Shown in pieces: positions 16,835 through 24,566 of a DNA stretch of 24,566 bases. Numbering within the stretch: position 1 is the stretch's first letter; every line of letters begins with the position of its first letter. The position numbers and the translations under genes were made by a program. The notes under the pieces were generated by a model that saw only the letters and a list, made by a program, of their open reading frames with translations, had not been told where the DNA came from and ran no database searches. Source of the stretch: Candidatus Pacearchaeota archaeon. GTDB taxonomy: Archaea; Nanobdellota; Nanobdellia; Pacearchaeales; GW2011-AR1. Where the stretch lies: contig WJLC01000073.1 of assembly GCA_014728745.1 (NCBI GenBank), positions 1 through 24,566 of the forward strand. Reading direction: 5' to 3'.

Positions 16835-18994
16835 TTACTGATTCTCAGCTAGACCTTTCCTGTCCCTTATGTTTCTTATGATCTCATCTTTCATACTTCT
16901 TGGTACAGGCTCAAATAACTGATCTTTCAAAGAGCTTGTCCCTCTACCTTCAGTTGCTGAACGCAAATCATTACTCCATCCAATCATTTCAGCTACAGGT
17001 ATTTTGGCCTCCATCTGAGCTACCCTACCTTCTTGAGAAACATTAATCATTTGTCCTCTCTTGCTCTTAACAAGCTTTGTGACTTCTCCTAGGAAAGTGT
17101 CAGGCATTTCAATTAAGTGTATTTGCAAAGGCTCTAATAAATTAGCATTAGCAAGATTCATTGCACCTGTTATACCTTCTTTAACAGCAGGGTAAACTTG
17201 TGCAGGACCTCTATGAATAGCATCTTCGTGAAGTTTTATATCAACTAAAGAAACCTTCATCTTAGTACAAGGCTCTCTAGCCAAAGGTCCTTGATTCATC
17301 ACCATTTCAAAGGCATCTAAAATCATATCAATAACTTCTCCGATGTGGACTTCTCCACGAGTTTCATCTAAGAATACGTTTCCATTGTAAATATGTCTTA
17401 TATTTCTAATTGCGTCTCCGTCCCATCCAAGATCTGAAAAAGCATCAGCAACATCCTGTGATTTTTTCTTAACTCTTCCTTCAGGAACATTTCCATTCTG
17501 AATAGCTTCATATACATTATCTTCTAAAGGCTGAACACTGATGAAAAAGCTGTTGTGTTTGTTAGGGCTTCTTCCTTCAAAACTATTAGAGGATTGTTTT
17601 CCAACAGTCTCTCTGTAAACAATTATTGGAGGAGAGGTCTTAACATCTAATCCTTTATCAGATTTAATCCTGTTTTCTATTATTTCCAGATGCAATTCCC
17701 CCATTCCAGAGATTAATGATTCTCCTGTTTTTTCATTGATTTCAACTTGTATTGAAGGGTCTTCTTTACCAACCTGTTTCAATACCTCAACTAATTTTGG
17801 CAAGTCAGCAGCTTTTGTAGCTTCAATAGACTTTGTAACAACAGGGTCAAACAAGTGCTTGATAGCTTCAAAAGGTTCAATAGGTTCTTTTGATACTGTT
17901 TCTCCTGCAAAAACATCTTTTAATCCTGCAACACCTACAATATTTCCTGCAGAAACATCATCCATAATAACTCTTTGAGCACCTTTGTAAATAGAAACTT
18001 GTTGAACTCTAACTTTTCTTTTTGCTAGGTTCATGTAAACTTCATCACCCTGCTTTAGTTTTCCTGAGAATAATCTTCCTGCAGCAACTTCTCCAGCGTG
18101 TTTGTCTACTACAATCTTAGTAGGAACAAAAACAGGTGCTCCATCTGGATTGCAATCAATTAAATCTTTTCCAACCTGGCTCTCTTTGTCACCATGCCAG
18201 ATTTTTGGAATTCTGTATTTTTGAGCATCAAGAGGATTAGGATGGTGTCTTATAGTCATATTAAGAATAACCTCATGAATTGGAGCTTTCTTAGCTAATT
18301 CCTTATGGTTATCATCTTCATAAGCATCAATAATATCTTTGAAAGTAATTCCGTGCTCTTTCATATATGGAAAACTCAATGCCCAATTGTGAAAAGCACT
18401 TCCAAAAGCAACTGTTCCTTCATCAACTTTCACTTTCCATTTTTCCTTATAGCCTTTTGGAGCAATCTGCTCAATTAATTTATTAACATGGTTTATTATT
18501 TTGATAAATTTTTCCTGCATTGCTTCTGGAGTTAATTTAACTTCTTTGATAAGCCTATCAACTTTATTAATGAATAATACTGGTTTAACTAATTCCTTTA
18601 AAGCCTGTCTAACAACAGTTTCTGTTTGAGGCATCACTCCCTCAACACCACAAGCAAGAATAATACATCCATCAACAGCTCTCATAGCACGAGTAACATC
18701 TCCTCCAAAATCAACATGTCCTGGAGTATCAATCAAATTAATCAAATATTTGTCTCCTTCAAATCCGTGAATCATGCTTACAGAGGCAGAATCAATTGTA
18801 ATTCCTCTGCTTGCTTCATCATCATGAAAGTCTAAGGCTCTTTGCTTTCCTGCTGTTTCTTCAGAAAGCATTCCTGCTCCAGCAAGTAAATTGTCTGAAA
18901 AAGTTGTTTTTCCATGATCAATATGCGCTGCAATTGCTATGTTTCTAATCTTATCTTGTTCTTTCATTAGTTTCGCAATATCTGCATCAGCCAT
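16835..18994 (-). CDS. fusA: Translation elongation factor EF-2
   Basis: AHIDHGKTT, RGITI, DTPGHVDF, NKVD, GMGELHLE, diphthamide loop LHEDAIHRGPAQ. Confidence 0.97.
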   Translation of the reverse strand: MADADIAKLMKEQDKIRNIAIAAHIDHGKTTFSDNLLAGAGMLSEETAGKQRALDFHDDEASRGITIDSASVSMIHGFEGDKYLINLIDTPGHVDFGGDVTRAMRAVDGCIILACGVEGVMPQTETVVRQALKELVKPVLFINKVDRLIKEVKLTPEAMQEKFIKIINHVNKLIEQIAPKGYKEKWKVKVDEGTVAFGSAFHNWALSFPYMKEHGITFKDIIDAYEDDNHKELAKKAPIHEVILNMTIRHHPNPLDAQKYRIPKIWHGDKESQVGKDLIDCNPDGAPVFVPTKIVVDKHAGEVAAGRLFSGKLKQGDEVYMNLAKRKVRVQQVSIYKGAQRVIMDDVSAGNIVGVAGLKDVFAGETVSKEPIEPFEAIKHLFDPVVTKSIEATKAADLPKLVEVLKQVGKEDPSIQVEINEKTGESLISGMGELHLEIIENRIKSDKGLDVKTSPPIIVYRETVGKQSSNSFEGRSPNKHNSFFISVQPLEDNVYEAIQNGNVPEGRVKKKSQDVADAFSDLGWDGDAIRNIRHIYNGNVFLDETRGEVHIGEVIDMILDAFEMVMNQGPLAREPCTKMKVSLVDIKLHEDAIHRGPAQVYPAVKEGITGAMNLANANLLEPLQIHLIEMPDTFLGEVTKLVKSKRGQMINVSQEGRVAQMEAKIPVAEMIGWSNDLRSATEGRGTSSLKDQLFEPVPRSMKDEIIRNIRDRKGLAENQ

Positions 18995-19073
18995 TTTTTA
19001 CCAACCTTTGAATATTATTTAATTGAAAAATTGCTTTTTAAAGTTGTTGGTGTTTAGAGGTATTTTAGAATAT

Positions 19074-20459
19074 TTATCCTTTAATTTCAGCTACAATGTT
19101 CTTTTCAGTGTATTTTCTATATTCTTGCTCCATTATATCTTTAACCTGAGTTTCGTAGCCTTTTTCACATACCATTGAGTCATGAATCGGAGCTGCATAA
19201 ATCCCCTTTTCTTTTGCTTTGACAAGGCACTTTTTCATAATGCTGCTTTCATGAAACATGAGATGATGCGATTTGTTTTCAATATTATGAAATACACCAT
19301 ATAATCCGGGATTTGTTTTTAAAAATGCCTCGTAAACATCTTTGCTTTTGACTCCTAGTTTTGATAGTCTCTTGGAATCTTTTCTATGGTTGTAATTAAA
19401 TGCTCTAGCACAGGTTAAAACATCAGGAGTGTTAAAGGCAACAAGAATGCATTTTTTTATAGCATCTCTTGTTTCCTGGGTTTCTTTTAATCCCAGCTTT
19501 TTAACAACAGGAGAATAAGAATCTTGCAAATGAGGATTTTTAGCATTTGACTCTGCGAGAAAATAAGCAAGATTTACATGCATGCTGGTGTAATCCACTT
19601 CTGAAGTAGAATTTCCGTTTATTGTAAGTACTTTTCTAAGACTTTTTGGCATATGCTGAAAAGAATTATGGCATCTTTGATAAAGTCTTCCACACCCAAA
19701 AGGAGTAAACATTGAGGTAAAAAATATATTTGTAGTCATGAAATTGCAATTCCTTTCCTCAAAGCTTTTGTTTTTGAACTGTTCTCTTGCAATTTCAAAA
19801 GACAGTCCTGCAATAGGATGAATTGAATCCTCTTCAAATCCAAGGACAATGTGTGAAAAATAATTATTATTCAAATCTGAGACAGCACAATCATCTTCTT
19901 CAATATATTCTTTGTCAAGAGGTTCAAGTACTTCAGGAAAAAGAGTCCATTTGTTTAATTCTCCTGGCTCAATAGCTTTTCCCTCAAGAGTTTGAGTTGG
20001 ATGATATGTAGGATCAATTGTCACAGGCTCGAGTATTATTCCTTTTAGAAGATTATCAAGAGTCTCAGTGGCAGTCAAAACTGTGCTAAACCCTTTTTTA
20101 AAATATCCATCGCAGTGTCTTTTTTTGCTCCGGTATCCTTTTTTCATCGTAACAAGACCTTTGTCAGCTAATTCATCCTGAGCTCTTGTAGAATAAGTGT
20201 AGGTGTACCATTGTGGGAGATCTTTTCCTGCCTTGCCTGAGTAAAACATCTTGCTTCTGGAAATTGCCACAGAAGGAGAAAGTGCTAAATTAGAGATGAT
20301 ATTTGTTAGATTATTTTTAACTTTTTGATGAGAGCTCCTAAACAAGTTATTTACAATCTCTCTTATTTCTGGATATGCTGTAGGAGAAATAATCTCTACA
20401 AAAGGTTGCCTGTATTTTCTAGGCCTTCCTACTCTTCTTTTTTTATCTTTATTTCTCAT
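19074..20459 (-). CDS. Hypothetical protein with a family-A polymerase/T7-RNAP-like palm and an N-terminal GRPRK (AT-hook-like) segment
   Basis: GRLY...FQHMPK...R...INGNSTSEVDYTSMH (motif A-like), RDAIKK (motif B-like), APIHDSMV (motif C-like). Assignment is from motif memory only. Confidence 0.55.
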   Translation of the reverse strand: MRNKDKKRRVGRPRKYRQPFVEIISPTAYPEIREIVNNLFRSSHQKVKNNLTNIISNLALSPSVAISRSKMFYSGKAGKDLPQWYTYTYSTRAQDELADKGLVTMKKGYRSKKRHCDGYFKKGFSTVLTATETLDNLLKGIILEPVTIDPTYHPTQTLEGKAIEPGELNKWTLFPEVLEPLDKEYIEEDDCAVSDLNNNYFSHIVLGFEEDSIHPIAGLSFEIAREQFKNKSFEERNCNFMTTNIFFTSMFTPFGCGRLYQRCHNSFQHMPKSLRKVLTINGNSTSEVDYTSMHVNLAYFLAESNAKNPHLQDSYSPVVKKLGLKETQETRDAIKKCILVAFNTPDVLTCARAFNYNHRKDSKRLSKLGVKSKDVYEAFLKTNPGLYGVFHNIENKSHHLMFHESSIMKKCLVKAKEKGIYAAPIHDSMVCEKGYETQVKDIMEQEYRKYTEKNIVAEIKG

Positions 20460-20615
20460 AAAAAAACAAATAGAACTTCTTTTTTAAGCATTAATTCATT
20501 GTAATATATACTTGAAAAAAATAATAAGAACTTAAACAATTCTAAGATATGTCCTTGAATTATACTTGTTAGCATAATACAAATGCTTTTAAAACAATAA
20601 TTATTGTGATTTTCA

Positions 20616-21203
20616 ATGGAAATAATAAAAACAACCTCTTTGCCAGACAATATGTATTACGGTAATATTCCTGTTGAAGAAATGGACAAAATTTTTTCTA
20701 ATGCAGATAAGTTAGAAAAAAATATCTCAGAAATTCTTATTTCAGAATCTGAGGCTGTTGTTCACTTGCTTGACCCTCAATTTTGCAGATATAACGGTGG
20801 CCATACTGAGAAAAGTGTTCAAAGATTAAAAGATTTAGGTGCAGAACCAGAAGAATTGCCGAGAGTTTTATTAAACCCCCGAGTAATGGGAATAAGCCAG
20901 AGAAATTATGATAGTGCAAAAAAGATAATAGAGGCAAGAGATGTTGAAAATCTAGACCGCCCCCCTTATTGGCTTGTTAATGGCAATGGAAAAACATTTT
21001 ATCTTAGAGATAATAAGCCAGCAGGAAGAAGCATAAAAGCAGGAGAATGGCTTCCAAATCCTATTGCTTGCAGAAATAAATATTTAGGAAGATTAGAAAA
21101 AGAAGAGGGTTTTAGAGAGATTTTTTTCCAGTTTAAAGAAAAAGGATATATCTTTGAAGATGAAGTTTTAGACAGAGCAGAATTACCTAACAAATCTAAT
21201 TAA
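20616..21203 (+). CDS. Hypothetical protein (195 aa) with two possible ~34-aa helical repeats
   Basis: ATG ORF; LLDPQF and LLNPRV are 34 aa apart. Confidence 0.65.
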   Translation: MEIIKTTSLPDNMYYGNIPVEEMDKIFSNADKLEKNISEILISESEAVVHLLDPQFCRYNGGHTEKSVQRLKDLGAEPEELPRVLLNPRVMGISQRNYDSAKKIIEARDVENLDRPPYWLVNGNGKTFYLRDNKPAGRSIKAGEWLPNPIACRNKYLGRLEKEEGFREIFFQFKEKGYIFEDEVLDRAELPNKSN

Positions 21204-21227
21204 ATGTTTTAAATCCTAATACAGACA

Positions 21228-21539
21228 ATGCTTTTAAAAATTTTAAAACAATATTGCAATGCAGCAAGACTTATTTGGAACCGAAGAAATTTCGAGACAT
21301 ACGATAATCAATTAACACATAGGCCAAAAAACCCTAGAGAGATTAAGGATTATGAACGGATTTTAAAGATGTTTTTAGAGCTTGCAGTTAAAACAGGAGA
21401 GAAAACACTTTCATTAGATAGTAAAATAGAAAATTCAGAATTTAAATTATCTGAAGAGCAAAGAAGACACATTTCAGATAATATGGCCTCTTACAGAGCA
21501 GAATACATCGTAAGATACAATAAAAATATAAAATATTAA
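21228..21539 (+). CDS. Hypothetical protein (103 aa)
   Basis: ATG ORF tandem to the previous gene. Confidence 0.55.
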   Translation: MLLKILKQYCNAARLIWNRRNFETYDNQLTHRPKNPREIKDYERILKMFLELAVKTGEKTLSLDSKIENSEFKLSEEQRRHISDNMASYRAEYIVRYNKNIKY

Positions 21540-21579
21540 TCAAAAATATGAGAGAGTGATAATCAAAAAGCCTTGAAAT

Positions 21580-22233
21580 CTATCTGGCTGAATCTGCTTG
21601 AGCTTCTGATTCTTTCTTTTTCTTTATTGCAGAGCTTTCTCCATTTTCCTCTGAAGCAAGAATTATTTCTTCAGCAAGACCTTCAGCTAAGTCCTTTTTC
21701 TTGTCAAATGCTTTGTCACTTGCACCATGAGCTATATTCCTCAATGTTATGTTAACTCTTCTCAAAGGGCTAATATCAACTGCTTGAGGATATCTAGCAC
21801 CACCATACTCTATTATTGTAACCCCATCTCTTGGAGCTGCTTTTTCTATCGCATCTACCAAAACCTGAACAGGGTTTTTTCCAGTTCTTTTTTCAATTAT
21901 CTTGAAGGCATCCAAAACAATATTCATGTTTTTAGTGTATTTGCCTGTTGAATCTCCCTTCTCAATCTTATGCTTTTTTCCTCTGTGTCCTGCAGTGGAA
22001 AGCTTGTTCATTAATCTTTCAACAATATTGGTGTTTACTTGGCCAAGTCTTTCAACATTTCTTCCCTGACTTTTTAAAACCAACTTTGGCTCAAGATTTA
22101 TCGCATTCTTTAATCCAGGATCCTTGACACTTATATCAGAAATATCATATAGATCAAATATTTTAAAATTAGGCAGATTGCTGGAATTTTCTTTTTTATT
22201 TCCTTCATCTTGTTTAACAATTTGTTCAACCAT
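21580..22233 (-). CDS. rps7: 30S ribosomal protein uS7
   Basis: IVERLMNKL, NPVQVLVDAIEKAAPR, YGGARYPQAVDISPLRR, LAEEII. Confidence 0.95.
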   Translation of the reverse strand: MVEQIVKQDEGNKKENSSNLPNFKIFDLYDISDISVKDPGLKNAINLEPKLVLKSQGRNVERLGQVNTNIVERLMNKLSTAGHRGKKHKIEKGDSTGKYTKNMNIVLDAFKIIEKRTGKNPVQVLVDAIEKAAPRDGVTIIEYGGARYPQAVDISPLRRVNITLRNIAHGASDKAFDKKKDLAEGLAEEIILASEENGESSAIKKKKESEAQADSAR

Positions 22234-22244
22234 TTTTTGTTTCC

Positions 22245-22667
22245 TTATCTTCTACCTTTTTCAATCTTGCCTTCAACAAGTCTGTCCAAAGGCTGATCAT
22301 TTACTTGAATAACTTCAAATCTTATTCCAGGAATATCTCCTTTACTTCTTCCTTGTTTTCCACCTATTCTTTGTATCATAACCTCATCATGTTCATCAAT
22401 GTATTTTTGACCTTGATCTCCAGGAATAAAAGCAGTAACAGTCTTGCCGTTTTTAGTTAACTGCACTCTTGCACATTTTCTCATAGCTGAGTTTGGCTGC
22501 TTAGCCTCTCTTTGAACTTTTGCAAGAACAATCCCTTTTGCCTGATTAGCACCTTCTAAAGGGTCTGATTTAGCATAAAGGTCCAGAGTTCTCACTTTGT
22601 ATTGCCTGTCTTTCCATCTGGCTTTTTTTCTTTTTTTCTTTAATTTTCTTGCAGATTTTAATCCCAT
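22245..22667 (-). CDS. rps12: 30S ribosomal protein uS12
   Basis: [32 protein letters not shown]. Confidence 0.96.
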   Translation of the reverse strand: MGLKSARKLKKKRKKARWKDRQYKVRTLDLYAKSDPLEGANQAKGIVLAKVQREAKQPNSAMRKCARVQLTKNGKTVTAFIPGDQGQKYIDEHDEVMIQRIGGKQGRSKGDIPGIRFEVIQVNDQPLDRLVEGKIEKGRR

Positions 22668-22712
22668 ATTAAATCATTAATATTTAGTATGTTTAATCAG
22701 TAATAAATTTGA

Positions 22713-22720
22713 TTTATAAA
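22713..22720 (-). promoter_or_regulatory. TATA box of rps12-rps7
   Basis: TTTATAAA between nusA and rps12. Confidence 0.45.
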
Positions 22721-22742
22721 GCTTGCCTTGTGCATTTTATTA

Positions 22743-23165
22743 TTAAACAATCCTGAACTCTTTGCTAAAAAAATCCTCAATAATCTTCTGCATTTCATGA
22801 AGTCTTCTTTTGTTTCTTCCAATTAATGCTGCTTTGCTTTGCCTTCCAGCAGTTAAAACTATCTCCTTATCCTTAACTTCTAGATCTTTGAACTTAACTG
22901 GGCTGACAATAGCTTCTATGAATTCCTTGACATGCTCTATGCTTTTAGGTGTTGGAATTACTTTTATTCTTTTACCTAAAATAGAATTAATTTTTTTAAG
23001 ATTTCTAGCATTCTTGCCTATTGCTTTTGAAAGCATTTTTTTTGGAACGCAAAAAATAAGCATGTTGTTGTATTTTATAACATGTTTTGTAGAAACACCG
23101 GTTATTTTTCTGAATAAATTAAGGTATCTCATATCTTGCATGTCTATTGTTCCTGCTAACATCAT
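22743..23165 (-). CDS. nusA: Archaeal NusA (KH-domain transcription elongation factor)
   Basis: KAIGKNARN and KAALIGRNKRRL KH GxxG loops; conserved position upstream of rps12. Confidence 0.88.
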   Translation of the reverse strand: MMLAGTIDMQDMRYLNLFRKITGVSTKHVIKYNNMLIFCVPKKMLSKAIGKNARNLKKINSILGKRIKVIPTPKSIEHVKEFIEAIVSPVKFKDLEVKDKEIVLTAGRQSKAALIGRNKRRLHEMQKIIEDFFSKEFRIV

Positions 23166-23187
23166 ATTAATTCTTTAAAGAAACTCT

Positions 23188-23195
23188 TTTATAAA
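23188..23195 (-). promoter_or_regulatory. TATA box of nusA (leaderless spacing)
   Basis: TTTATAAA whose first T lies 30 nt upstream of the ATG. Confidence 0.5.
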
Positions 23196-23250
23196 TCTAT
23201 CTTCTCTGCCAAAGAGGCCAAGTTTTATTTTTGATTTTTTAATTTTCTTC

Positions 23251-24566
23251 TTATTTATTTAAATGCAGATGCTTTAAAGTCCAGTCAATTCCCAAGGCAT
23301 TGCTGACAGTTTTTTGGATTTTTCTTCTTGTTCTCTTTTTCTTGTGATACCACCAGATTGTAAATGAAACAATTAAGATAAACCCTACAAGAATATACAT
23401 GTACCAGCATATTCCAAACCATTGAGAACCGCATATTCCAAACAAACAACAATTTTTTGTATTGTACCATGGAGATTTTTCTTCATCCATTGTGTGTATC
23501 TGCAACATATCTCCAGGAGAGCCATCTTTTTTGTCATTATTGTTCTGGCCATCAACTAATTTTGGCATTTCATCATAAACACATTCTCTAACTTCATCAG
23601 ATTTGTTAATTTCTGTTTCACAATCATTTAAATCATCACATATTCTGGTTTGATAACCATAAACACATTCTCCCCAAGAAGTGCAATTCCAATTCTCAAC
23701 ACATTCTTCATCATCTCCTCCTCCAGAGCTACCTCCATCATTGCTAGGTGGTGGAGTGGGAGCACTATCAGAACTTTGCATGATAATTGGGGTGTCAGTC
23801 AGCAATCCAATGTCTTCAGTTGGATTTACTGAGACACTAAAGTTTCCAATTCCATAATTAGTTGTGTTTAATGTTAAGTTAACTACAATAAGTCCGTTGC
23901 TGTTTGTTGTTCCCTCAAATAAAATACTTTCATTGCTTTCATTGTTAATTGTGATTGTCACATCTTTGTTAGGATAAGGTGTTGTCCCATCATTGTAATA
24001 GACTTGGATTGGGTAGAATCTTGTTAGGTTATTACTTAGCATTGTTGCTGTGTCTGGCATGTTTACAGAACCAGATATGACTGGGTTGTCATAAATATAT
24101 AAATAATTAGTGATATTTGATTCTCTTGTAAAGTTAATTATCGGAGAATTCTGCACCCAAACTGAATTAACCCCAGACCCAGTAAAATTAGAATTACTGA
24201 ACTCATTTACTGAATTTTGCATAATATCTACCCTACTTGGAAAATAACTATTTGATACAGTATTAATTGAATCTCCTTCAAAACTAGTAAGTTGACTATT
24301 AGAAAAATTACAATTTTCAACATTATTTTGAGAATCTTCTGAAAAGTAAATTACATTATTAAAAGTAGAATTTATGATTTCATGGCTTTTATTGCCTCTG
24401 ATATTTAACCTTGAATTTTCAAATTTCGCATTTAATATATTTCCTTTCCCATATAATTTTACATCAATTCTATTTGATTGATCTAGTCCAGATATAACAA
24501 CATTTTTTAAATTAAATGTAGATGTTGAAGAGACATTAATATGATAAGTTGTTGAAGCACCAACAA
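23251..24566 (-). CDS. Large surface protein, 5'-truncated by the window edge: Asn-rich beta-helix-like region, Pro/Gly linker, Cys-Trp module, C-terminal TM anchor
   Basis: The frame of the 23251-24222 ORF stays open to the window end (checked codon by codon). PTPPPSNDGGSSGGG linker, CVENWNCTSWGECVYGYQTRICDDLNDC module, TM helix and basic tail. Confidence 0.75.
   Translation of the reverse strand, partial: VGASTTYHINVSSTSTFNLKNVVISGLDQSNRIDVKLYGKGNILNAKFENSRLNIRGNKSHEIINSTFNNVIYFSEDSQNNVENCNFSNSQLTSFEGDSINTVSNSYFPSRVDIMQNSVNEFSNSNFTGSGVNSVWVQNSPIINFTRESNITNYLYIYDNPVISGSVNMPDTATMLSNNLTRFYPIQVYYNDGTTPYPNKDVTITINNESNESILFEGTTNSNGLIVVNLTLNTTNYGIGNFSVSVNPTEDIGLLTDTPIIMQSSDSAPTPPPSNDGGSSGGGDDEECVENWNCTSWGECVYGYQTRICDDLNDCETEINKSDEVRECVYDEMPKLVDGQNNNDKKDGSPGDMLQIHTMDEEKSPWYNTKNCCLFGICGSQWFGICWYMYILVGFILIVSFTIWWYHKKKRTRRKIQKTVSNALGIDWTLKHLHLNK

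Noticed and set aside
18995-21579. Integrated element with att sites or distinct base composition
   Set aside because: No integrase or flanking direct repeats were seen, and by eye the CpG frequency is similar to fusA.
2000-23832. Short ORF-track entries overlapping real genes (for example 2000-2224, 3953-4141, 4458-4742, 4723-5067, 6008-6247, 6529-6822, 8525-8893, 10604-10852, 12989-13462, 14528-14977, 17736-17978, 20456-20650, 22810-23178)
   Set aside because: Antisense or alternate-frame shadows with F/L/S/I-rich composition and no motifs.

Overview
AT-rich archaeal chromosomal segment. Gene content and protein style suggest a DPANN lineage, probably Pacearchaeota/Woesearchaeota-like (inference). 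Housekeeping genes: D-aminoacyl-tRNA deacylase, tRNA-Ser(GCT), an intron-containing initiator tRNA-Met(CAT), RNase HII, SMC, endonuclease IV, DnaG, UppP, and a fragmented nusA-S12-S7-EF2-EF1a cluster. Accessory genes: a free-standing LAGLIDADG endonuclease, an AEP primase-polymerase, a PolA/T7-RNAP-palm-like protein, two surface proteins and several hypotheticals. Main observation: rnhB really starts at ATG 3645 and is interrupted inside its catalytic DxAGRG motif by a 42-nt, stop-containing insert (3713-3754). The insert folds into a bulge-helix-bulge (BHB) whose predicted cuts restore Arg-Gly-Pro exactly, so it is a candidate tRNA-type intron in an mRNA. The nearby initiator tRNA has a non-canonical 29/30 BHB intron, implying a relaxed-specificity splicing endonuclease. 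Second observation: the SMC has canonical Smc ATPase heads but no recognisable hinge, and carries a Rad50-like CPLC zinc-hook motif at its midpoint. No CRISPR array, rRNA or transposase was seen.
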